The position numbers and the translations under genes are program-made. A stretch of 64,000 bases of DNA from an uncultured Lachnospiraceae bacterium (GTDB taxonomy: Bacteria; Bacillota; Clostridia; Lachnospirales; Lachnospiraceae), in assembly GCA_905234245.1 (NCBI GenBank), contig CAJOGN010000005.1, forward strand, positions 411 through 64,410. Direction: 5' to 3'. Below are positions 46,380-55,448 of this stretch, piece by piece (position 1 is the stretch's first letter; each line of letters opens with the position of its first letter). The notes beneath the pieces were generated by a model that was given only the letters and a program-made list of their open reading frames with translations, had not been told where the DNA came from and searched no databases.

Positions 46380-49154
46380 AAAATCAAGAAATACCTCTAC
46401 TTTGACGCTTTTGTCATCAAGATTCACTTTCAGTCTTCCACAATCTTGTGTACACATATGCGGAATGCCCAAGTCATCTAGTCGCGAAACAACTTCCTTA
46501 GATGGATGGTGGTAACGATTATTAACTCCAGCAGAGATTATTGACATCTTAGGCGATAGAAGTTGCAGAAACTCTTCGCTTGACGAACTCTTAGATCCAT
46601 GATGTGACACTTTAAGTATATCTACACCTGATAGCATATCTCTTAAATCACCATAAGAATACTCAGACTTATCTCCTGTCTCTTCTGACGCATCACTAAG
46701 AAGACATTTCTCGGAATCGACAGTCATGTCGCCTCCAATAAAGAATCTGATATCACTATCATCTTCCTCATATTCTCCTAGGATTGCCAGGGAATTACCA
46801 TTAATATCATCAATCTCATCTGAACCAGCAAACACACATGCAAACTTAAGATTATCTTCAGATACAACATCTCCTTTATCCATCACAATAATTTCTATGC
46901 CTTGTTCATTAGCACGTGTCTCAATATCCTGATAATTCTCCTCACCTAACATGTATTTATCAACCACAATTTTATCGATTGAATATCCACTATCAAGAAC
47001 GTCAAGCAAACCACTTATATGGTCACTGTCTACATGTGATACGAACCAATAATCAATATGACTTATGCCTTTGTATTTTAGGAATGGAAGAATCCTGTAT
47101 GTGCCAACGTTCTTAATATCCGTACTGCCCCCATCAAAGAAATAATTATTATCTCCTGCAACAAGAATTCCGTCTCCTTGTCCTACGTCAATCATATCCA
47201 TTTCAAAATCGTCACAATTATAATTATGAGTTATAAAAATTACGCAAGCTGAGAGCACTGCTAAACATAGTATTAAGTATCTCTTATCCCCAATCAATCT
47301 ATACTTCCAATTGTTCTTTGTACTCTTAGTGCTAAATCCTTCCTTCGTATTCACAAATTCATATTCTAAATACTTCTTGAATATACTCTTGTCATTACCG
47401 TTGCGTAATTGCATTTCTTTTTCTTCAAATACCTTCTCTATATCTTCATACTTATATAGCAAAAACCTCGTAACAAAGAAAAGCACAAGATAGTATACTA
47501 TTACCTTAATTACATTAGGTGAACCTGTGACAATACGAGCCATTGGAAGTTGCAGAGAAAAATATGCTAGCATCTCGTACAAATATACAATTATATGAGC
47601 GCCCCACAACAGAATACTTCCTATAAAATCAAATAATGTTCCTATAATAAACACTCCAAATAGCGCAGCGCCTATAACAACCGTCACTCCACCTATTAGA
47701 GAAATTCCAAGCAATGCTCCTAGAAGTGGTATCACAAGGCAGTTGAGTATAACAACATAAGTTGGTATCTCATAGTAAAATGTGCACACGATAGGAAGTG
47801 TCACCAGTTGTATTAAAATGCCACTTAACAGAGCCTTACAAACTCTTTCCTTAATACTTGGTTTATATCCACTTATCTTAAAAGTGCCAGCCTTAGATTC
47901 ACTAGCCTTATAATCGCCGGACTTAGATTCACTAGCCTTATAGTCGCCAACATTGGTTTCACTAGCCTTATAGTCATCAGCCTTAAATCCACTAATAAAG
48001 CGTGACATAAATGCACTATTAGCAAGTACTCCCACCCTATTAACACGATTACTTCCATCATATACAAACCTAACCCTGCAGAACCTGTCATACATCGCCA
48101 CTAAAGGATTAACCACAACAGCAATCCCCGTCACGGCACCAAATGAGAAAATAAATCCTACAGAATCAACACTATAAGGATACACTAGCAACACATATAT
48201 CATCGCAGTTCCAATGGCCGACAGAGAATCATACCCTTCCCCTAAAATATCAGCAAGTATCATAACAAGGAACATTACCACAGCTCTAATTGTGGACACA
48301 CCTCCAAAGGTAAGCATCCCATAAAGAACTACAATAACAGAAGATATCACACCTGCAACTCCGAAGGGCGTACCTCTTCTGCGCATCATACGGTAAATGC
48401 TCATTCCAACAATAGAGATGTGAAGTCCTGATATCGCCAGAATATGTGCAAGACCTGACAGCTTGAATAAATCCTTTACCTCAGCATCAAGTTCAGACTT
48501 ATCTCCCAAAGTCATGGCAGATACTATTCCCCCTTCCTCTCCAGGAAGATTAGAGATAAAGGCCTGCTTAACATTTTCCCTGAGGCAATACAATAACTCG
48601 CCTACACCAACTAGAGGTTCTTCCACAACTTCTGCAGTTCCCTTAACCTTCATAAGTGTTCCGACAGAATTATAATAAGACTGCTCGTCAAAATTCCCCT
48701 CGTTACGAGCGACATTCCATTTTTCTTTTTTTCCTTCTACTATAGCAGTAGCACCAATTGGTAAATCATCTGAATCAGATTGTAATATTATGGTCTCACT
48801 AGAATCTAAGACCATATCTTCATTGATAATACTATTGAAATATAGATAATAAGAAGTGGTTTTTTTCTCTATCTTAGCTAACTCGCCTTGAAATCTTACT
48901 ACTTGCCCTTCTTCAATTCGATCATAATAATCTCTATCTCTTAGATAATGATTATATCTAATGCTCCCTATTAGGAAGCTTGATATGAAAACCAACAGAC
49001 TAAGAATTATATATATAACCCTTAGCCTATTGTTAATCTCATATATTATTAGTCCTATAAGAAATGTAATTCCAACAACAATAATTATAGGACCGCTAAA
49101 ATTATCATTAATAAAAAGGCAACCTAGCAACATTTCTATAGCAAGAGCAAACAA
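46374..49154 (-). CDS. comEC: DNA internalization competence protein ComEC/Rec2 (competence domain plus C-terminal metallo-beta-lactamase domain)
   Basis: Multi-TM competence region (..LSGLAHILAISGLHISIV..). The C-terminus has DVGQGDG, HVDSDHISG and SHHGS, which are MBL motifs. Confidence 0.9.
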   Translation of the reverse strand: MFALAIEMLLGCLFINDNFSGPIIIVVGITFLIGLIIYEINNRLRVIYIILSLLVFISSFLIGSIRYNHYLRDRDYYDRIEEGQVVRFQGELAKIEKKTTSYYLYFNSIINEDMVLDSSETIILQSDSDDLPIGATAIVEGKKEKWNVARNEGNFDEQSYYNSVGTLMKVKGTAEVVEEPLVGVGELLYCLRENVKQAFISNLPGEEGGIVSAMTLGDKSELDAEVKDLFKLSGLAHILAISGLHISIVGMSIYRMMRRRGTPFGVAGVISSVIVVLYGMLTFGGVSTIRAVVMFLVMILADILGEGYDSLSAIGTAMIYVLLVYPYSVDSVGFIFSFGAVTGIAVVVNPLVAMYDRFCRVRFVYDGSNRVNRVGVLANSAFMSRFISGFKADDYKASETNVGDYKASESKSGDYKASESKAGTFKISGYKPSIKERVCKALLSGILIQLVTLPIVCTFYYEIPTYVVILNCLVIPLLGALLGISLIGGVTVVIGAALFGVFIIGTLFDFIGSILLWGAHIIVYLYEMLAYFSLQLPMARIVTGSPNVIKVIVYYLVLFFVTRFLLYKYEDIEKVFEEKEMQLRNGNDKSIFKKYLEYEFVNTKEGFSTKSTKNNWKYRLIGDKRYLILCLAVLSACVIFITHNYNCDDFEMDMIDVGQGDGILVAGDNNYFFDGGSTDIKNVGTYRILPFLKYKGISHIDYWFVSHVDSDHISGLLDVLDSGYSIDKIVVDKYMLGEENYQDIETRANEQGIEIIVMDKGDVVSEDNLKFACVFAGSDEIDDINGNSLAILGEYEEDDSDIRFFIGGDMTVDSEKCLLSDASEETGDKSEYSYGDLRDMLSGVDILKVSHHGSKSSSSEEFLQLLSPKMSIISAGVNNRYHHPSKEVVSRLDDLGIPHMCTQDCGRLKVNLDDKSVKVEVFLDFG

Positions 49155-49249
49155 AAATCTCTTGTATATAATATCACCTTCTTATCCTTATTATGTATTC
49201 TTATTCAAAAAACTTGTTATAAGCGTCTGTCGCCTATTCTAAGCGCCCA

Positions 49250-50185
49250 CTATTTATTCTCGTCCGACACCACTTGCACAACAAGGGACTGGTCCTCAAC
49301 ATATGTACCGGAAATATCCAGATTATTCTGCTGCGTCTTAGCATTAGCATTTGTTGTCTTAATTACAACAGATGTAACATCCGCCGAATCACACATTGAA
49401 TTAACGATGGAATATATTACAGCCTTGTCAGACACATCTGACTTCTCACTAAGCTGTGACGAATCAAGTGTTATATAGCATACACCATCGGCAACTGCTG
49501 TATATAATATCTTAGTATCCTCTGGAATAGCAACCTTAGCACCATTAGTACTTGGCTTTCTTCTAAGATTATCTATCACTACCTCTTCAATAAGAGCTCT
49601 CTCATCTACATCAACCTGCTTCTTTTCACAGATAAGATTCTGACCATCTTCAGTTGCATAATACAGACTCAATTCCTTCTTAGTAACAAAATTAGAGCTG
49701 TCTGAATAGTCATCAATAAATGAATCATTACTCATGGATGGCACAACATTATTGTCATCGTCAGTAAGTGGCTTATTAGACACATAAAATGTTACTTTGT
49801 TAACGCCCTCAACCTGCAGCATCGTCTTGGCAATGGCAGACCTCGTTAGCACTTCCTCAGTTCCTTGGAGTCTGTAATAATCTGCGCTGAAATCAATAAT
49901 TAGATTTCCTTCATTAAGCTTGCAATCCTTTACCGTAATATCTCCAGGAATAGGCTTAAAATAATCAGCCGAATCAGTATTAGTTGACAATGCATCTAAT
50001 AATTCATCGATTATATCATCCACCTTGTCACTAGTCACTTTATAACTAACAGGAACAAGCATAGACTTATCCTTATCTAAATAATAAACAGTATAATTGC
50101 CCTCCTGCTTGGAGCCGCATCCCACCAGACATAACAACATAAGGGCCGCTATAAACAACAAGGTTACAATTCTAACTCTCTTCAT
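49250..50185 (-). CDS. GerMN-domain lipoprotein
   Basis: Lipobox LCLVGC followed by two GerMN-like segments (YYLDKD..LVPV... / LYYATEDG..L..E). The stop overlaps the start region of the histidine kinase gene's neighbour. Confidence 0.7.
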   Translation of the reverse strand: MKRVRIVTLLFIAALMLLCLVGCGSKQEGNYTVYYLDKDKSMLVPVSYKVTSDKVDDIIDELLDALSTNTDSADYFKPIPGDITVKDCKLNEGNLIIDFSADYYRLQGTEEVLTRSAIAKTMLQVEGVNKVTFYVSNKPLTDDDNNVVPSMSNDSFIDDYSDSSNFVTKKELSLYYATEDGQNLICEKKQVDVDERALIEEVVIDNLRRKPSTNGAKVAIPEDTKILYTAVADGVCYITLDSSQLSEKSDVSDKAVIYSIVNSMCDSADVTSVVIKTTNANAKTQQNNLDISGTYVEDQSLVVQVVSDENK

Positions 50186-51648
50186 TAGCGTTCCTCCTCA
50201 ATATGGTTCAGTGGAATTCTCACATCAAATGTTGTTCCTTCGCCTACTGTTGATGCCACCTTAATCTCACCACTATGCATAATAATAGCCATATGGGTAA
50301 TGGCAAGTCCGAGTCCTGTACCACCAATCTCACGAGAATGAGACTTATCAACTCTATAGAATCTCTCGAATATCATATCAAGAGAATCTTCCGGTATTCC
50401 CATTCCTGAATCTTCTACTTTAATATAGAAGTACCTATGGTCTGAATTAAGTGAAATGTGTACAAACCCACCTGGATTATTGTACTTAATACCATTCTCA
50501 ATTAAGTTAGATATGGCAAGTGACATCTTAATCTCATCAATTTCAGCATTAATTGGTCTAAAGCTCTCAAGTACGAGCTCAACATCCTGCTTCTCTGCAA
50601 TAGGGCGAAGGCGCTTGAGAATTGATTCTACTAACTCATTAACATTTACAGTAGTAATATTAAGGGTGACACTTGACTTATCCATCTTAACCATTGTAAG
50701 CAAGTCATTAATAATTCCTGTCTCCCTCTCTATCTCCTGAGAAATATCATTAATGAATTCCCTATACAATTCTACAGGTGCGTCTTCCCCCATTCCAATT
50801 AGGGAATCTGCCAGCACCTTCATAGATGTAAGAGGCGTCTTAAGCTCATGACTGACATTCGATACGAATTCCTGACGAGACTGGTCGATGTTCTCCATCT
50901 TGTTAACATAAGTATTAAATCTCGACGCCAGCTCCTCGATTTCATCATATCCCATAACATCGATACTCTTAATCTCGTCGCCCATTATACCCTTATTGAA
51001 CTGATTTGACGCATCCTTAATAGGCGTAGAATACTTATTACCAACAATATAGCCTACAACTATAGCGAACACAGCAACCATTATTAATATAATGATTTCA
51101 AATGAAATCATGTATTTAAGATTATCGAAAATGTAGCTAACATTTCCAGACGCCAAGAACACACCCACAATCTTCACAGAGTTCGCAGTGTTACTATCTT
51201 TACTTTCTATAACATCCGTCATTGGAATTGTTGTTGTAAGAATGTCGTTATCCCTGTCGATACTATATAGCTGTTCGCCCTTGGCACTTCTTGTAACATT
51301 TTCCCATAAGAAAACCTTACCCTTATCAACATTATAGGAATCGTAATCAACTCGCAGATTAGAATCTACAAGCATAACTCTCCCGTTGATTAATTGTGCC
51401 AATTCCCCAAGCTTAAGCTCCATTGTTACATCACTCTGTGAGTTCATGTAACCACTTGTAACAACCTGCCTGGTCAGTACTTCCGACCTGGAATAGAGAT
51501 TCTCACTTTCAGACTTGATACTTTGCCCTACATATACAAAGTCAATGATAATAGAAAATAGAATCAGAGGAACAATTGCCATAGCACATACTAATACAAA
51601 TATTTTTACATTTAGTCTCGAAAAAGCCTTGTAAAGAAAATCCTTCAT
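50185..51648 (-). CDS. Sensor histidine kinase (two TM helices, HAMP, HisKA, HATPase_c)
   Basis: H-box SHELKTPLTS, N-box LIENGIKYN and G-boxes DSGMGIP / GGTGLGLAI. Confidence 0.9.
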   Translation of the reverse strand: MKDFLYKAFSRLNVKIFVLVCAMAIVPLILFSIIIDFVYVGQSIKSESENLYSRSEVLTRQVVTSGYMNSQSDVTMELKLGELAQLINGRVMLVDSNLRVDYDSYNVDKGKVFLWENVTRSAKGEQLYSIDRDNDILTTTIPMTDVIESKDSNTANSVKIVGVFLASGNVSYIFDNLKYMISFEIIILIMVAVFAIVVGYIVGNKYSTPIKDASNQFNKGIMGDEIKSIDVMGYDEIEELASRFNTYVNKMENIDQSRQEFVSNVSHELKTPLTSMKVLADSLIGMGEDAPVELYREFINDISQEIERETGIINDLLTMVKMDKSSVTLNITTVNVNELVESILKRLRPIAEKQDVELVLESFRPINAEIDEIKMSLAISNLIENGIKYNNPGGFVHISLNSDHRYFYIKVEDSGMGIPEDSLDMIFERFYRVDKSHSREIGGTGLGLAITHMAIIMHSGEIKVASTVGEGTTFDVRIPLNHIEEER

Positions 51649-51660
51649 ATGTGCTATATG

Positions 51661-52353
51661 CTACTCCTTATAGAAATATCCCAGCCCCCACTTCGTATGA
51701 ATATATCTTGGTTCGCTTGCATTAGGCTCAATCTTCTCACGAAGACGTCTAATATGCACATCAACAGTTCTTGCATCACCTGGATAGTCTTCGCCCCAGA
51801 TTGTTGTAAGAAGCGTATCTCTGCTGTAAACCTTGCCTGGATTATTAACAAGCAAGAGAAGCATATCGAATTCCTTAGAGGTTAGATTAATCTCCTTACC
51901 AAGGATCTTAAGCCCTCTTCCCTGCACATCCAAAGATATATCTCCACTATTAATAACGTCACTTGAAAGTGGCGACTTATTATCTGACACACTTGTCCTT
52001 CTCATGATAGCTTTAATTCTAGCCTTCACCTCAAGGATATTAAATGGCTTAGTTATATAATCATCAGCACCATACTCAAGACCAAGAATCTTATCCATAT
52101 CCTCGCCCTTGGCTGTAAGCATAACAATTGGCATATTAGAAAATTCCCTAATGCTTCTACATACCTCGAAACCATCCATCTTAGGAAGCATAACGTCTAG
52201 TAAAACTATATCGTATTCAGTTTTTCTCGCAAGATTAAGTGCTTCCTCACCATCATAGGCACAGTCAACCTCCATGCTATCCTGCTCAAGTGAGAACTTA
52301 ATTCCCTTAACTATTAATTTCTCGTCATCAACGACTAATACTTTCTTAGACAT
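51661..52353 (-). CDS. OmpR-family response regulator
   Basis: VLVVDDE...LLDVMLPKMDG...LTAK receiver domain, plus a winged-helix C-terminus ..RTVDVHIRRLREKIE...I.T..G.GY. Confidence 0.93.
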   Translation of the reverse strand: MSKKVLVVDDEKLIVKGIKFSLEQDSMEVDCAYDGEEALNLARKTEYDIVLLDVMLPKMDGFEVCRSIREFSNMPIVMLTAKGEDMDKILGLEYGADDYITKPFNILEVKARIKAIMRRTSVSDNKSPLSSDVINSGDISLDVQGRGLKILGKEINLTSKEFDMLLLLVNNPGKVYSRDTLLTTIWGEDYPGDARTVDVHIRRLREKIEPNASEPRYIHTKWGLGYFYKE

Positions 52354-52395
52354 ATTAACTCTATCCTCTCTATGGTCCTAACATCTACTTCAAGT

Positions 52396-52995
52396 CTACA
52401 CCTTAATAGAATCGGCTATCTTATTATATACGCCATCCTTAATTCCAGATATATTCTTAATGTCTTCTATACTATTAAAACTACCCTTGCTTTCCCTATA
52501 CTTAATAATGGAATTAGCCTTAGATTCACCAATCCCCGGCAACGTCATTAGTGTCCTAGCATCCGCTGTATTAATATTAACCTTGCCATCATCAGCGCTT
52601 ACCGCAGCCTCCATAGCCGCTTCATCTCTAGTCTTAATTACAATCTTCTGCCCATCACTAATCTTCTCAGCCTGATTAAGATTGGATACATCAGCATCCT
52701 CTCTTAGACCGCCAGCCATAAGAATTGCATGGAAAATGCGTGGTTCTCCACTAAGCTCATACACACCAGGACTGTTAACTGCTCCTGACACCTGCACAAA
52801 GCATTTCCCAGAGGTCTTAGAAGTCGTATTCTTAGAACTACTATCCTTATCAGTATTCTTCTTATCTGAAGTCTCCGTAGTAGAATTAGAATCCTGCGAC
52901 TTATCTAAATACGATGTCTTCCCACAGGAAGAAAATGTTACAAGACAAATTGAAAACATTAAAAAAATAAAACAAATATTAATTTTTCTTTTCAT
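52396..52995 (-). CDS. comEA: ComEA family DNA-binding competence protein (SLBB plus helix-hairpin-helix)
   Basis: Signal/lipoprotein N-terminus, VSGAVNSPGVYEL (SLBB) and INTADARTLMTLPGIGESKANSIIKYRE..G.F (HhH). Confidence 0.85.
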   Translation of the reverse strand: MKRKINICFIFLMFSICLVTFSSCGKTSYLDKSQDSNSTTETSDKKNTDKDSSSKNTTSKTSGKCFVQVSGAVNSPGVYELSGEPRIFHAILMAGGLREDADVSNLNQAEKISDGQKIVIKTRDEAAMEAAVSADDGKVNINTADARTLMTLPGIGESKANSIIKYRESKGSFNSIEDIKNISGIKDGVYNKIADSIKV

Positions 52996-53121
52996 AAATC
53001 CTCTCCTAAAACAGAAGAAGATTCTAATGTTTGCAATAACATTTTAACGAAAATGTTACAATATTACAAGAGTGTAACATAAATATTTCGATTTATTGTC
53101 ATAAATATTAGCATCCAATTA

Positions 53122-53148
53122 TTAGCACTCAATTTTTAAGAGTGCTAA
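53122..53148 (+). promoter_or_regulatory. CIRCE operator upstream of htpG
   Basis: TTAGCACTC-aatttttaa-GAGTGCTAA is a perfect consensus match, 89 nt upstream of the htpG ATG. Confidence 0.9.
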
Positions 53149-53236
53149 TTTTTTGTTGATTTTTGTATTTTTTAGTGTTAGTATATCTCTTAGGGTTTCG
53201 AAAACAATGAAATTAACAATAAAGGAGTGATATAAA

Positions 53237-55324
53237 ATGGGTGAAAAACATGGAAATCTATCAATTACCAGCGAAAATATATTTCCGGTAATTAAGAAAT
53301 GGTTATATTCAGACCATGACATTTTCTTCAGAGAGTTAATATCTAACGGCTGTGACGCCATTACCAAGCTAAAGAAGCTTGATCTTATGGGTGAATATGA
53401 ATTGCCAGATGATTACAAGCCTAAGATAGATGTAATCGTTAATCCTGAAGAGAAGACATTAACATTTATTGATAATGGTCTTGGAATGACTGCTGACGAG
53501 GTTGACGAGTACATTAACCAGATTGCTTTCTCAGGTGCAACAGACTTCCTTGAGAAATACAAAGACAAAGCTAATGAAGACCAGATAATTGGACACTTCG
53601 GTCTAGGCTTTTATTCTGCATTTATGGTAGCAGACGCTGTTCATATTGATACTCTCTCTTATCAAAAGGGTGCAAGTGCTGTTCACTGGGAATGCGACGG
53701 CGGAACTGAGTTCGATATGAAGGACGGCATATATGAGACTGTAGGAACTAAGATTACTCTATTTCTTAATGAAGATTCTCTCGAATTCGCTAATGAATAC
53801 AGAGCCAGAGAAGTTATTGAGAAGTACTGCTCTTTCATGCCAACTGAGATATATCTTAGCAAGGCAAATGCAGAGGAAGAATATGAGACTATTGACGTAG
53901 AGGACAAGCTTGATACAGATACTGTAATTGAAGAGATTCACGAAGAAGCCAAGTTCGAAGAAAAAGAAAACGAAGATGGCACTAAGGAACAGGTTGAAGT
54001 ATCTCCAGCCAAGGACAAGCTTAAGATTGTAAAAAGACCTGTCCCATTAAACGACACTAATCCATTATGGGCAAAGCATCCTAACGAATGCAGCGAAGAC
54101 GAATACAAGGAATTCTATCGCAATGTATTCATGGATTATAAGGAGCCGCTATTCTGGATTCACCTTAATATGGATTATCCATTTAACCTTAAGGGAATTC
54201 TATATTTCCCTAAGATTAATACAGAATATGATTCTATTGAAGGCGTTATTAAGCTATATAACAACCAGGTATTCGTTGCCGACAATATTAAGGAAGTAAT
54301 TCCTGAATACCTAATGCTTCTTAAGGGCGTAATCGACTGTCCTGATTTACCTCTTAACGTATCACGTTCTGCTCTTCAGAATGACGGTTTCGTTAAGAAG
54401 ATTCAGGAATATATATCTAAGAAGGTTGCTGATAAGCTTGCTGGACTATGTAAGACTGAGAAGGAATCCTATGAAAAATACTGGGATGACATTAGTCCAT
54501 TTATTAAGTTCGGTTGCCTTAAGGATGAGAAATTCTGTGACCGCATGAATGACTACATCTTATTCAAGGATATTGATGACAAGTACGTTACTCTTCCTGA
54601 ATTATTAGTTAAGGAAGACAAAGAAGAAGCTACTGATGAGAATGGCGAAAAGGTAGATGCAGAAGTTGTAGATGATGATACATCTTCTGATGCAACAGAT
54701 GAAAATGCCGAACCAGAAGACAAGCGCACAGTAGTATATTATGTAACAGACAAAGAACAGCAAGGTCAATATATTAAGATGTTCAAGGAACAAGGCCTAA
54801 CTGCTGTTATACTTGACCACAACATTGACACTTCATTTATCTCACAATTAGAGCAGAGAAATGAGACATATAAGTTCGAACGAATTGACGCTGATGTAAC
54901 TGATTCTCTTATTGAGGAATCAGCAGACGGTGAGCTTGATGAGACAACTAAGGAATTAACAGACATTTTCCAGAAGGCGCTATCTAACGACAAGTTAGAT
55001 GTTAAGGTTGCCAAGTTCAAGAATAAGGATGTTGCATCAATGCTTACAGTTAGCGAAGAAAGCAGACGTATGCAGGATATGATGAAGATGTACAATATGT
55101 ACGGAATGGATCCTAATATGTTCCCAAGTTCATCTACTCTCGTACTCAATGCTAACAACGAGCTTGTTGATTACATTCTTAATAATAAGGATGGTGAAAA
55201 TGTTGACTTGTTCGCACAGCAATTATATGACCTTGCGGCAATTGCTAACGCTCCTCTAAGTCCAGAGGAAATGACAAAGTTCATTGAGCGAAGCAACAAG
55301 ATTATGATGATGCTTGCCAAGTAG
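53237..55324 (+). CDS. htpG: Molecular chaperone HtpG (Hsp90)
   Basis: ..YS..DIFFRELISNGCDA..K.. with IGHFGLGFYSAFMVA and LPLNVSR motifs. 695 aa. Confidence 0.97.
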   Translation: MGEKHGNLSITSENIFPVIKKWLYSDHDIFFRELISNGCDAITKLKKLDLMGEYELPDDYKPKIDVIVNPEEKTLTFIDNGLGMTADEVDEYINQIAFSGATDFLEKYKDKANEDQIIGHFGLGFYSAFMVADAVHIDTLSYQKGASAVHWECDGGTEFDMKDGIYETVGTKITLFLNEDSLEFANEYRAREVIEKYCSFMPTEIYLSKANAEEEYETIDVEDKLDTDTVIEEIHEEAKFEEKENEDGTKEQVEVSPAKDKLKIVKRPVPLNDTNPLWAKHPNECSEDEYKEFYRNVFMDYKEPLFWIHLNMDYPFNLKGILYFPKINTEYDSIEGVIKLYNNQVFVADNIKEVIPEYLMLLKGVIDCPDLPLNVSRSALQNDGFVKKIQEYISKKVADKLAGLCKTEKESYEKYWDDISPFIKFGCLKDEKFCDRMNDYILFKDIDDKYVTLPELLVKEDKEEATDENGEKVDAEVVDDDTSSDATDENAEPEDKRTVVYYVTDKEQQGQYIKMFKEQGLTAVILDHNIDTSFISQLEQRNETYKFERIDADVTDSLIEESADGELDETTKELTDIFQKALSNDKLDVKVAKFKNKDVASMLTVSEESRRMQDMMKMYNMYGMDPNMFPSSSTLVLNANNELVDYILNNKDGENVDLFAQQLYDLAAIANAPLSPEEMTKFIERSNKIMMMLAK

Positions 55325-55340
55325 ATAATAACGAAATAAT

Positions 55341-55400
55341 ATATAAATAACAGAAACCTGCATACAGAAAATCGGCATGTCAGGTTTCTGTTATTTATAT
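55341..55400. repeat. Conserved-loop hairpin, copy D (apex CATACAGAAAATCG at 55361..55374). Likely a bidirectional terminator between htpG and the HD-GYP gene.
   Basis: The 20-bp perfect stem ATATAAATAACAGAAACCTG / CAGGTTTCTGTTATTTATAT encloses CATACAGAAAATCGGCATGT. Confidence 0.75.
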
Positions 55401-55448
55401 TGCTTTTCTCTCAAAATCGCTTTACAGGCCTTGGCTGTTTTTTTACTT

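Noticed and set aside
53122-53367. 81-aa minus-strand ORF overlapping the htpG start and CIRCE
   Set aside because: It overlaps the htpG 5' end and its operator, has no RBS and is hydrophobic/low-complexity. It is spurious.
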